Shown: positions 11,760 to 24,649 of the stretch, piece by piece
Layout: the number at the start of each line of letters is the position of its first letter
Position numbering within the stretch: position 1 is the stretch's first letter
Assembly (NCBI RefSeq): GCF_020745735.1
Contig: NC_083417.1
Coordinates: forward strand, 63,860,001-63,924,000
DNA from: Hemiscyllium ocellatum
Lineage: Eukaryota
Reading direction: 5' to 3'
DNA: 64,000 nucleotides
Position numbers and translations under genes: made by a program
The notes under the pieces: model-generated
Told to the model about the DNA's origin: nothing
Database searches by the model: none
Seen by the model: only the letters and a program-made list of their open reading frames with translations

Positions 11760-14700
11760 GTCTGGCTTCTCTCAAAGAGCAATGTGACGGACTTCCCTTT
11801 GGTCCAACTCATGCTGTTGGGCAGAGTTTAAACTAATGTAGCAACGGGATGGGAACCAAATGCGGAGGTTAGTGGAAAATAAGGAGGTACTAACTGAAGC
11901 CAGGAAGATTCTAGATAATAAAGTCAGTGCGATTACGGATAAGAGTAGACATGGAGCAGATGATGAATTCAAAGGGAATGGTAGTCTGAGATGCATTTGT
12001 TTTAGTGCGAGAAGTGTAGTGATATTATTGATATTACTGAGACTTGGTTGAGGGAAGGACATGAATGGCAACTAAATATCACAGGATATCAATGCTTCAG
12101 GAGTGATACAGAAGGAGTTGAAAAGGGTGCAAGAATTGCATTACTGGTCAGAGACGATGTCACAGCTGTGCTGAAGGAGGACACTGTAGAGGACTCGAGC
12201 AGTGAGGCAATACGGACAGAGTTCAGAGCTAGGAAGAGTGCAGTAACAATTTTAGGGTTGGACTGCAGGCCTCCCAACAGTGAGTGTGAGATGGAGGTAC
12301 AAATATGTAAACAGATGATCGAAAGATGTAGGAGCAAAAGCGTGGGGGTGATAGGAGATTTTAATTTTCCCAACATTGACTGTGATCCACTTCGCGTTGG
12401 CGTTATTGATTGAGCAGAATTTTTAAGGAACATCTAACTTAATAGAGTTCTTCGAGGAACTGACCAAGTTGTTCGATGAAGGAAGGGCTGTTGATGTCAT
12501 ATACATAGACTTTAGTGAGGCGTTTGATAAATTTCCCCATTGTAGAACAATGGAAAAAGCGAAGTCACATGGTATGCAGGATGTTCTAGCTAGGTGGATA
12601 AGAACTGGTTGAGCAACAGGAGACAGAGAGTAGTAGTTGAAGGGAGTTTCTCAAAATGGAGAAAGGTGACCAGTGGTGTTCCAAACGGGTCAGTATTTGG
12701 GCCACTCTTGTTTATAATATCGATAAATGATCTAGAAGAGGGCACTGTTGGTATGATCAGCAGTTTGCAGTTGACACAAAGATTGGTGGAGTAGCAGAAA
12801 GCATAAGGGACTGTTCGAGAATACAGGAGCATATAGATAGACTGGAGAGTTGGGCGGAAAAGTGGCAGATGGCTTTCAATCCAGACGAATGTGAGGCAAG
12901 TATAATTCTAGAACGAATTATACAATAAATGGAAGAGCCTTTTGAAAATTTGATGGGCAAAGAGATCTGGGAGTGCAGGTCCATTGTACCCGGAATGTTG
13001 CTGCACAGGTGGATAGAGTGCTCACGAAGGTATATAGTTTGCTTTCATTTGAGGGAGTATTGAGTATAACAGCTGGCAAGTCCTGTTAAAATTGTACAAG
13101 ACATTGGTTCGGCCGCATTTATAATACAGTGTACAGTTTTGGTCGCCACATCTCCAAAAGGAGGTAGAAACTTTGGAGTGTGTGCAGAGAAGTTTTACGA
13201 GAATGTTGCCTAGTATGGACGGTGCTAGCTATGAAGAGAGGTTGAGTAGGTTAGGTTTATTTTCATTAGAAAAATGGAGATTGAGGGGAGACCTGATTGA
13301 GGTTTACAAAATCATGAAGGGTATAGACAGGGTGGATAGAGACAAGCTTTTACCCAGGGTGAAGGAATCAATAGCGAGGGGTCATGCTGTCAAGGTGACA
13401 GGTGGAAAGTTTAAGGAGGATAGACGTGGTGAATAATTCACACAGAGGGCAGTGGGCGTTTGAAACGCGTTGCCAACAGAGATGGTAGAGGCAGGCACGG
13501 TAGATTCATTTAAGATGCATCTGAACAGATCAAGTGGAGGTGGGGAGCAAAGAGATACAAATGCGGCGGAATTGACCGTCAGGTTAAGACAGTACATTTG
13601 GATTGGCTCAGCTTGGAGGGCCGAAGAGCGCGTTCCTGGGCTGTAAATTTTCTTTGTTCTTTGTTCTTTGTTCATCCTGGAGTGTTTTCTAAAGCAGTAT
13701 GTAAATAATCCAACTCGGGAAGGGAATGGCACTGGCCAGGTGGTTGAAGTTTCAGTAGGGGATTACTTTGGGAACAGTGATCACAATTCTGTAAGTTTTA
13801 GAATACTCATGGACAAAGACGAGAGTGACCCCAAAGGAAGAGTTCTAAACTGGGGTAAGGCCAACAATACCAAAATTTTGCAGAAGCTGGGGAATGTGGA
13901 TCGGAAGCAGCTGTTTGAAGGTAAATCCACATTTGGCATGTGGCAGACTTTTAAAGGAAGGAAGTTTAGGGTACAGAAGATACATGTTCCCTTGAAAATG
14001 CGGGTTAGAAATGCCAAGTTTAGGGAACCATGGATGATAGGTGAAGTTGTGAGACTAGCTACGTCAAAACAGGAAGCATACATAGACGACTAAAGACTGA
14101 CAAAGCTTTGGAAGAATATTGGGAATGTAGGACCAATTGAAATGAGGAATTAAGGGGGCTAAATGGGGGTATGAGATATCTTTAGTAAATTGGGTTAAGG
14201 AAAATCCCAAAGCCTTTTATTCATATATAAGGAGCAAGACGGTAACTAGAGAAAGGGTTGGTCCTCTCAAGGACAAAGGAAAAATGTTATGTGTGGAGTC
14301 AGGGAAAATGGGTGAGATTCTTAATGAGCAAATTGTATCAGCATCCACTGAGGAGAGGAACATGACAGATGTTGAGATTAGGCATGGATGTTTAATTATT
14401 CTAGGTCACGTTAGCATAAGGAGGGGGGAAATGTTGGGTATTCTAAAATGCATTAAAGTGGACAAGTCCCCAGGTCCGGATGGGATCTATCTCAGGTTCT
14501 GGAGGGAATTGAAATGGAAATAACTGGGCCTTAACAGATATCTTTGCAGCATCTTTGAACATGGGTGAGGTCTTGGACGACTGGAGAATTGTGAATGTTG
14601 TCCTCTTTTGTAAGAAGTGCATCAAGGATAATCCAGATAATTATAGACTGGTGAACTGACATTAGTTATAGGAAAGCTGCTGGAGAAGATACTAAGGGAT

Positions 14701-16030
14701 AGGATCTCTTCCCATTTGGAAGAAAATGGGCTTATCAGTGATAGGCAACATGGTTTTGTGCTTGGAACATCATGCCTTACCTACTTTATTGAATGCTTTG
14801 ACGAAACAACAAAGTTGATTGATGAGGGAAGGGCTGTAGATTTTACATACATGGACTCCAGTCAGGCATTTGATAATATTCCCCAATGAAGGCTGATGGA
14901 GAAAGTGAAATCACATGGGCTCCATGGTGTACTAGCTAAATGGATGAAGAACTGGCTGGGAAACAGGAGACAGGGAGTAGTAGTAGTGGGGATTTTCTCA
15001 AAATAGAGAGCTGTGACCAGTGTGTTCCATAGGGATTCATGCTGGGACCACTGTTGTTTGTGATATATACAAAATGATCTGGAGGAAGATACAGGTGTTC
15101 TGATTAGCAAGTTTGCAGATAACACTCAGATTGGTGGAGTATCAGATAGTTAAAAGGCTTGTCTGATAATGCAGCAGAGTATACAAATTGGAGAGTTGAG
15201 CGGAGAAATGGCAGTTGGATTCAATCTGGGAAAATGTGAGGTGATGCATTTTTGAAGATCCAATTCAAAAGCAAACTATACAAGAAATGGAAAAGTCCTC
15301 GGGAAAATTGATGTACAGAGAGATCTATTTGTTCAGGTCCTCTGTACCCTGCAAGTGGCAATGCAGTTCAACAGAGTGGTCAAGAAGGAATACAGTATGC
15401 TTTCCTTCATTGGACGGGGTATTGAGTACAACAGTTAGCAGAGCATAGTACAATTGTATAAGACATTAGTTTGGCCACATTTGGAATACTGCGGATAGTT
15501 CTGTTCGCCACATTACCAAAAAGATATGGATGCTTTGCAGAGAATGCACAGGAGGTTCACTGTGATGTTGCCTGGTTTGGAGAACACGAGCTATGAAGAG
15601 TGGTTGAGTAGATATAATTAGTTTTATTAAAGGACGGACATCGAGTGGACCTAACCAAGGTCTACAAAATCATGAGATGTATAGACAGAGTGGATAGCAG
15701 GAACCTTTTTCCCAGAATGGTGGACTCAATTACTAGAGGTCATGAGTTAAAAATGTGAGGGGAAATATTTTGGGAGATATCCATGGAAAGTTCTTTACGG
15801 AGAGGGTGATGAGTGCATGGAACATGTTGCCAGCAGAAATGGCAGCAGAAATGGTAGGGGCAGGCATATTACCATCATTTGAAATATGTCTAGCTAAATG
15901 AATGGACAGGGAGCAGCGGGGATACAGATCCTTAGAAAATAGGTGACAGGTTTATCGGAGGATCTGGATCAGGCTTGGAGGGCTGAAGTGCCTATTCCTG
16001 TGCTGTAATATTATTTGTTCTTTGTTCTTT
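11760..16030 (+). mobile_element. Long degenerate CR1 LINE (endonuclease + RT) interrupted by a nested CR1
   Basis: APE endonuclease motifs (CRPPNS, VIGDFNFPNID, SDHNSV), RT motifs and a (TTCTTTG)n tail at ~16012-16030. Confidence 0.92.
12435..13672 (+). mobile_element. Nested 5'-truncated CR1 with its own (TTCTTTG)n tail
   Basis: Host sequence ...AAGGAACATC | CTGGAG... rejoins across it; CATC is present on both sides (12431-12434, 13673-13676). Confidence 0.8.
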
Positions 16031-17699
16031 GTCTCTTTGCATGTCTAACTGTCATACAGCTCTCATTGGCATCCACCTGGGAGAAAGTGAGGACTGCAGG
16101 TACTGGAGGTCAGTGTCAGCAAGTTTGATTCTGGAAAAGCACAGACGGTCAGGCAGCATAGGAATCATTCCTGATGAAGAGCTTATGCTCGAAACGTCGA
16201 TTCTCTTGATCCACCTTGCTTTTCCAGCACCAGACTTTTTTCACTCTGGGATCCACCTGTCGAAGACCACGCCCTAACTTCGGCAATATGTACTTTCCGA
16301 TTTCCTATGACTCATGAAGAACGATCGTTGGATCCGAAAAATTAACTCTGCTTTCTTTCCAAAGATGCTGACAGACATGCTGAGTTTCTTCGGGTATTTC
16401 TGCGTTTGATCGGGCAGTTACTTTCTTTATTCTGTCATTGACGTTCGTCATAATCATTAACCCGTCGCTTAACCAATTTGTTGGGTTTTGCTTGTGGTAT
16501 TTGTTAGATTTATTTTCTTGGAAACGAGCGGCTGGAACTCTGATACATGTTAGAATTGGAAATCCCGGCATTTTCTCCATGTTGGTAGCAGCCAACTTCT
16601 GTTTCTCGACTTCAATTTAGGTTACAGCGGCATCTTCTGGTCAATTTGAATTCCTGACGTTTGCAAATTCTACTCCAATCTACTGCAGCCTGTCAGAATG
16701 ATCAGACTGGGCATCCAAGTGGTTCAAAGAGAGATAGAGTCACAGAGATGTACACCACGGAAACAAACTCTTTAGTCCAACTCGTCTATGCTGACCAGTC
16801 ATCCTAAATTAATCTAGTCCTATTTGCCAGCCCTACGTATTCACATACCCATCCAGATGCCTTTTAAATATTGGAATTGTATCAGCTCCCACCATTTCCT
16901 CTGGCAGTTCATTCTGTCGAAATGATTTAATGTGGAGATATTATTTTCTGAATAGTACAGATGTATTTTTGAACAGAATGGATATGAATAAAAAACAGAA
17001 AATATAATTAAAGTATCTATGGAAGTTTTTAATGTAATCGAAGTAATAATTGTTGCAATACTACAGAGTATGCTGTTATACGAGGAAATGTGATAAATGA
17101 AGGCTGAGCATTCTGAATCACGAAGAATTAGAATTTCAATGATCTGTCGACAGCACGGATAAAGACATATTTACATATAAGCTAGTCCTGGAAAACTGGT
17201 TCACCAGCTTTATATCGATTCTATAAATACTACTCAAGTACATAGATGTACAATAAAACTGGCCCACGCATCTTCGGTTTTTAGCTGTTTGACGGTGACG
17301 ATCCAGATATGGTAGAGTAATTTTATTCAGTAATAGCGTCAAACACATAAGAGCAAATTCCAGCCAATGCCATACCGCGTCTGAAATGTTTTCAGGAAAA
17401 GTTAAATTCAGAATCAAGTGGTAAACACATTTCGAAATTCCGTTTCAATCACCCAACATTGGGGGGAAATAGTTTTAAAGAATAGTCAAACTGTTTATTC
17501 GTGATTAAGATGAAGTCTCCCTTGGAACAATATTTCTTCCTACTTCAATCTGTATTTCCGAAGTTAGCAAAGCTGTTGAGGTGCTTTTACCTTGTTTTAG
17601 CAGTATGTTTGTTTCGTAGTATCAGTGAATGACTGAAATAGTAATTCGGGTTCAGTAATATTGTTATTAGACAAATGTCAGGAAAAATCATAAAGTCAT

Positions 17700-18050
17700 T
17701 AGAGTCATACAGTTCGGAAACGGACACTTCAGTCCAATCAGTCCATGCCAAACATAACTCTAAACTGAACTAATCCCTCTGCTTACTCCTCGTCTATGTA
17801 TCTCTAAACTATTCTTAATCATGTATTTATCCAAATGTTTTTAACGTTGTAACTGTACCCACAATCCACCACTTCCTCAAGAAGTTCATTCCACACACTT
17901 CACCATGCTCTGTGGAAACAAAAAACTTGCCCTCCGTGTAATTTTTAAATCTTCTTCCTCTCACCTTAAAAATGTGCCTCCTAGTTTTGAAATCCCCCAT
18001 CCCAGAGAAAAGACACCTGTCATTAACGCTATCCATATCCCTCATTATTT
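17700..18050 (-). mobile_element. CR1 3' fragment
   Basis: Reverse-strand IMRDMDSVN...KVRGRRFK CR1 C-terminus. Confidence 0.75.
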
Positions 18051-18646
18051 TGTTCTTTTTGACAGTGTTTGGAACCCCAGCTCCTGCAACAAGAAATAAT
18101 TGTTGCCACATCAACTCAAAGCAGTAGACCAGTGTGAACTGGCAACAGACTGGTTTGAAAGTGAATGTGTTTGAACAGCTGTTCAGGACTTGCTGCAAAG
18201 CACAATTTTCCAGGTGCAGTTATACAGAAAACCAAACGAATTTCTCATTTGTGTCTGAAGTATTCTTGTGTTTTGAAAAGCACAATGTGTTACTATTTAA
18301 AACATTCAGATGACCTTGAATGGAGGACGTTCTCAATGCAATAGAACTCTCTATGCCATTGATAGATTTGTACAGCTTTCCCGCACCGTCAAAATTGTAT
18401 TATAAAACGTCGATGTAATATACAAATTGCTGTGCCACTGCCAGAAGTTACTGCGTAAAAAACATCACTTATTTATAAAACATCTTTGAACGTCTTGGAA
18501 TTTGGAAAGGCATGATTGAAAGCTCGATTTTTTTTTATTAGTCTCTTGCGTAAGCCTCTCTTTTTTGTCTTTCACAAAAGGGCAAAGATTCTAATTATCC
18601 TGTTATATGATTAAATGTTCATAAATGACAAAACAAAACTTAATGA

Positions 18647-18950
18647 AGATTAGATTACCTATAGTGTGGAAACAAGCCCTTTGGCAAAACAAGTCCACGC
18701 CGACCCTCCAAAGAGTAACCCACCCGCTCTGACTAATGCACCTGACACGATGGACAATTTAGCATGGCCAATTCACGTGACTTGCAAGTATTCAGAACGT
18801 GGGAGGAAACGGGAGCACCCGAAGGAAACCCAGACAGACACGGGGAGAATGTGGAAACTCCACACAGATAGTCCCCCAAGGCTGCAACTGAACACGGGAG
18901 CATGGCACTGTGAGGCAACAGTGCTGATCACTGAGCCACTGTGCTGCCCC
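18647..18950 (-). mobile_element. tRNA-derived V-SINE (HE1-like)
   Basis: Reverse complement matches the SINE at 11090-11400 (head GGGGCAGCACAGTGGCTCAGTG, V core). Confidence 0.88.
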
Positions 18951-18964
18951 ATGGAGCAATGGCT

Positions 18965-19945
18965 GATTGGGGTGCTGGGTCCACTGATTTTTGTCATTTA
19001 TATACATGATTTATATGTGAACATAGGAGGCATAGTTAGTGGGTTTACAGATGGCACCAAAATTTGTGGTGCGTTGGAGAGCTAGCAAGGTTATCTCAAA
19101 TGATCAGGTGGGCTGATGGGCCAAGGAATGGTCGATGGTATTTAATTTAGCTAAACGTGAGGTGCTACATTTTGGAAATACAAATCAGGGCAGGACGTAT
19201 GTACTTAATGTTAAGGTCCTGAAGAATGTTGCTAAACAAAGAGACCTTGGAGTGTAGTTTCATAGTTCTTTGAAAGTGGAGTTGCAGGTATACAGATTAG
19301 TGAAGAAAGTGTTTGGCATGCTTGCCTTTACTGATCAGTGCACTGAGTATAGGAGCTGGGAGGTCATGCTGCAGCTGTACAGGACATTAATTAAGACACC
19401 CTTTTGAAATATTTCATTCAGTTCTGGTTTCCCTGATAAAGGAAGGATGTTGTGAAACTTGAAAGGGTGCACAAAAGATGTGTATAAATATTTTGCCAGA
19501 GTTGGCGAGTTTGAGATGTAGGGAGAAGCTGAATTGACTGAGCTATATTCCCTGGAGCATCGGAGAATGAGGTGTGACCTTATAGAAGTTTATAAAATTA
19601 TGTGGGGCATGGATAAGTTGAATAGCCAAGATCATTGCCAAAGGGTATGGGAGTCCAAAACTAGAGGGCATAGTCCAAAACTAAGGGGGAGGGGAAAGAT
19701 GTAAAAGGGACCTAAGAGGCAACATTTTGACACAGAGGGTGGCGCGTGTGTGGAATGTGCTGCCAGAGGAAGTGTAGAGGGTGGAAAAATTACAATATTT
19801 AAAAGACATCTGGATCGGTAAATGAATAGGATGGGTTGAGAGAGATATGGTTAAAATGCTAACAAATGGGACTAGTTATCTGATTGGCATGGGTGAGTTG
19901 GAACGAACTGTCTGTTCCATGCTGTACATTTCTATGCCTCGATGA
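18965..19945 (+). mobile_element. CR1 RT/C-terminal fragment
   Basis: VLGPLIFVIYIHDL, FTDGTKI and a CR1 3' end. Confidence 0.88.
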
Positions 19946-21261
19946 CATCTCAAGGAAGCAGTCAGGAGATCATTGGGGGAGCATCAATCAATATTCATCA
20001 CCTTTGGGAGCCAAAAGACATTGGCTTCCAAATCATATGTCCTTTATACAATTAGCAACAAGTCCTGCCTAGCCGAAGTTAATCAGAATGGAATTGATCA
20101 TGCTATGAGTTCTGGCCTGAAGAGTTGATAAACATCAGCTTTTGGCCATGGAGCCACGAATGAGAAAATGTTTGAAATTATCCTGCTTCCACTGGGAATG
20201 GAATGTCCTCAAGGCATTGGAGAGAGACTGAGAAACCAAGGGTCATCCTGTGACTTAAGCTGGACCTAAATACAATAGCAGAATAATACCCTTGAATTCA
20301 CTGCCCTGATTTGATACGTATTATTTATGCTATAAAGTAAGTTTCCTGTTTACTGAACAAGATTGTCTCCTGTTGCCTAATTGGTTGCAATCTCAAATGA
20401 ACGTTTTAATATTGAGTATACGACCCCTGCAATGTATAAGACTGTACATCCTGATATTATAAAGACAGAATGGGAACATCTGGTTTGTGCAACGAATCAT
20501 ATTGCCTTGCCAACAGCGGTATCAAGGTGGGGAAGGCTAAAGTTTGTAGGTTTTTTGAGAACCAGCCAGTGACTCAGACAATATTATATGAATGACTTGG
20601 AGATGCTGGTGTAGGACTGGGGTGTACAAAGTTAAAAATCACAAAACACCAGGCTATAGTCCAACAGGTTTAATTGGAAGCACACTAGCTTTCGAACAAC
20701 GCTCCTTCATCAGAAAGTTTGGATGTAGGGTACTGAGTTCTGTTTTAAAAAATGCGTTGCGTTTATCCATAGCTGTTTGGATAAGATAAAGTTAAAAGCT
20801 AATTCATTATTGTCTCTTTTGGCTTCTGTAACATACCATCATGCTCAGAAAGCTAATGAGTTTTGGAAAAAGAATCATGAAGAGATGGAGAAGTTGAAAA
20901 ACAATTGCAGCAATTGCAGAAAGAATGAGATAAATGGTTTAAAGAGGCTGATTCATACTTTATTATTAAGAGCAAAACAATCAGTTACTGCAATGCAATA
21001 ACAGAGTGATTCCAACTTGCAGGCTGAAACTGTTGTGGTTGAGATGTAGCAACTTAAAACTTGCTGAGAAAAACAAGATATATGAGAGTCTCCCACAGGA
21101 GCAAATGGTATCACAGAAAAATAAGAGAAATGTATCTCACAGAGAAATGTATCATTTCGGTTTGAATTTAGGATGTTGGAATAAAGGGAAATTTTGCAAA
21201 CAACAGGAATTTGTCACAGCCAAGACAAATGGAAGCAACGTCCTGTATCACAATAAGCGTA

Positions 21262-21960
21262 TTTTTAGTTGATGTTTCTGATTCCAAATATAATTATTTC
21301 TGTACCTCTCACACCAACTATGGGAGTCATCCAGCCTTCCCTACACCTACCAGCCTTTCCTTTCACCGGAATAGGAATATACATTCTCTGGATTCTCGTT
21401 ATCTCATTTTTGAAGGTTTCCCAATTTCCAGCGATCCCTTTACCTAGGTACATCTGCCTTCAATCAGCTTTTGAAAGTTCTTGCCCTAACACCGTCAAAA
21501 TTGGCCTTTCTACAATTTAGAACTTCAACTTTTAGACATTTTACCAACACTATTTTAAATCTAATAGAATTATGGTGGCTTGATCCAAAGTGCTCCCCCA
21601 CTGACAATTCAGTCACCTGCCCTGCCTTATTTCCTAAGAGCAAGTCACGTTTTGCACACTCTCTAGCAGGTACACCGACATACTGAATCAGAAAATTTTC
21701 TTGTACACACTTAACAAATTCCTTTCCATCTAAACCCTGAACATTGTGGTCGTCCCCTACCATAACTACTCTATTATTCATACAGATGGCTGAGCTCTCC
21801 TTACAAGTTTGCTTCTCAATTTCCCTCTGACTATTAGGGGGTCTATAATACTATCCCAAGAAGGTGATCATCCCCTTCTTATTTCTCAGTTCCACCCAAA
21901 TTACTTCCCTGGATGCATTTCCAGGAGTATGCTCCCACAACACAACTGTAATGCTATCTC
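21262..21960 (-). mobile_element. CR1 ORF2 endonuclease fragment
   Basis: EFVKCVQENFLIQYVGVPARECAKRDLLLGN...GEHFGSSHHNSIRF. Confidence 0.85.
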
Positions 21961-23125
21961 TTATTTAAAACGCTAACCCCCACCCCTCCTCTCGTGCCTT
22001 CCTTTCTATCCTACCTGTAGCATTTGTAACCTGGAACATTAAGCTACCCGTTCTGCCCATCACTGAGTCATGTTAATAAAACCTGTAAAACCTTTATCCA
22101 TGCACTCCAAGTTGATTTACTAATTTCCTCTCTGGCACCTTATCAAAGGCCTTCTTAAACTCCAAAAAAAAATCATATCCACTTGTTGTCCTTCATGCAT
22201 GCCACTATACAATCCTCAAAACACTCCAACAGCTTTTTCAAACATGATATTCCTATCATAATTCCATTGTGACAATGTTCTATTTTACCATTTTTTTCTA
22301 AGTCTCCAGAGATGACAAACAAATATAGTAAATAGGAGAAGAAATAGATCATTCAGTTCTTTTGAATCATTAAATATTCAGTTTGTGTTTCAAATTCTGC
22401 ATTCCATATTACTCCCATTTCCCTTTAATTCTTCTGCCTGAAGTAAATCCATCTATTTCTGTGTTTAAAATAGTCACTGATCTCACCTCCACCACCTTCT
22501 GACGGATATGAAATTCCACAAACTTCTGAGACAAAGAAATTCCCTCATCTGTGGTTTGAAAAACAACCCCCAATTTTAAAGCAACATCCCTCGTTTCAGA
22601 TTCTCTCACAAGAGGAAACATCCCCTTCACATTCAACTTATCAAGAAAATGTGTGATCTATCCACCAAATGATGTCTACAGGGTCTCCTCTATCCAAAGC
22701 ACGCATTACTCCTTCAAAGAATTCTGGAAAACTAATTACTCATGAGTTCTCTTTGATATTACCATTCTGAATCTTCCTGATGGCCAAGGATTTCTGTTCA
22801 CAACTGTACAAGATGATCATTGGCTTTATATGTCACCAAAGTATCTTGATGTGTGAAAAGAGGAATTAGAACAATGCTGCATAATGACACACAGTAAATT
22901 CAAGCACACTTTTCCATACTTCAGACAAAGGAAGTTTCCAAGCTGAAGGCAGTTTGGAACGTTAAACTGTCATATATTTTTGAGACAAGCTGCAAAAAAG
23001 TTTAAACTGGTACTAACGCATCATTTGGAGTTTGCCATCATCTGGAAAAACAGAAGAAATTTAAAAAGTAATGTCTGTTTCACTGACTCTTTAGTCAAAG
23101 AGGTTTAGAACAAATAATAATAATA

Positions 23126-23490
23126 ATGACAATCTGCAGCATGTCACTTGTTGTTTCCGCAATAGCAAGGCAAGTGGAATATTTGTCCAAAGACATCAAT
23201 TGGCAACGACACAAGGACCTGAAGGACTGCAAATACTTCACATTACACTTCCATGAATCCATCACTATGACGGACTTATATCAACTCATCACTTTTTTGC
23301 ACATAGTTTTTAAAGTCATAACAAGTAAAGACGATATTCTCAATATTTTGCCCAATGGAGAGAGAATAAGGAACGAGAATATTGATAACAAATTCAGAAA
23401 GTACAAGCTTGAGAAAATCATTCCAATCAATAAACCTGCTTCCATCTCAATGGATGGTGCACCATCCAAACTTGGCGCTTGTTGGATTTT
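23126..23490 (+). mobile_element. hAT-family (SPIN/GTF2IRD2-like) transposase remnant
   Basis: ORF ..QVEYLSKDI..DLKDCKYFTLHFHESITMTDLYQLITF..SISMDGAP resembles the hAT catalytic block (YFSLxxDESTDxxDxAQL ... TTDGAP); catalytic Asp residues appear decayed. Confidence 0.7.
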
Positions 23491-23789
23491 GCAGATTTGT
23501 TCTTGATTTTGCCTCTTTTGTTAATTGTAACTGTGTATCACATTCAGCTCAGTTGGCTGGGTCGCATTGCAGAGTGATACCAACAGTCTGGATTCAACCA
23601 CTGCACTGGCAGAGGTTACCAGGAAGGATTCTCCTCCACAACTTTTGCCTTGGCCCCAATCCTTAGGTAAAATCAGCACTAAACATCTCTCTATAAGGAA
23701 GGAGAAGACCTATGGACTGACAAGAATACATTGATTTCTGCATATCACATTCGACTTAATGTTAATTTTTTTTTAACGGAGGTCTTAAA

Positions 23790-24250
23790 GGTCTTTAAGG
23801 TCTTTAAGGGAGAAGAATATAAAAACCAGTTTGTTAACACAGTTTTGAACATAGGAAATCGTCTCTCACATATTTGATTTACCTTTTTGAAGAAGTGACA
23901 AAAAGACTGATGAGGGCAGATTGACGGTGGTTGTGTATAGGGCTCTTCAGCAAGGCATTTAACATGGTTCCTCACAGTACACTAGTTAGCAAGATTACTT
24001 CACGTGGAACCCAGGGAGAGCTAACCATGTGAATACACAATTGGCTCGAAGATAGAAGACACAGGGTTATGGTGGAGAATTGTTTTTCAAACTGGAGGCC
24101 TGCGAGCAGTTGTGTGCTCCAAGGATTGGTGTTGGGTCCATTGCATTTTATTATTTACATGAATGATTTGGATGTGAATATAAAGTAATGATCGGTAAGT
24201 CTACAGGTGACACCGAAATTACTGGTATAGAGGACAGTGAAAAGATTATC
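23790..24250 (+). mobile_element. CR1 RT fragment
   Basis: CR1 RT-region sequence (TGGAGGCCTG...GGATTGGTGTTGGGTCCA); degenerate. Confidence 0.7.
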
Positions 24251-24649
24251 TCCTTTTTGAAAGATTTTGAACTGCTAGGAGCAAAATCAGAAAGCAAAAC
24301 GTCCATATAACATTAACAAAACCAAACAACTGTGAATGTTGGAATTTAGAAACAAAAGCAGAAAGTTCTCGAAAAAGCAGCGATTTACCTGCACTTCACT
24401 CAATCTAGTCAATTATATTCATTGCTCACAATGTCTAACAATGAGGCATATTGGTGGCATTTAGATAACTCCTATCCATGACTACATTACAATGCTCTTT
24501 GTTGTTACCACTCAAACTGAATCTACTTCAGGATGCATTTCATTGGAAATCTCACCTGTCACTATCACTCTGATGTTTGCCTTTATTAAAACTGCCTCAT
24601 CTCCTTTTCTAATTTGTCTATTCTTTGAGAACATTGAATACCCTTGAAT

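Noticed and set aside
18060-18460. Possible C1-exon remnant upstream of the orphan TM candidate
   Set aside because: Only scattered Cys/Trp; no frame reproduces the FYP, W or YxCxVxH spacing.
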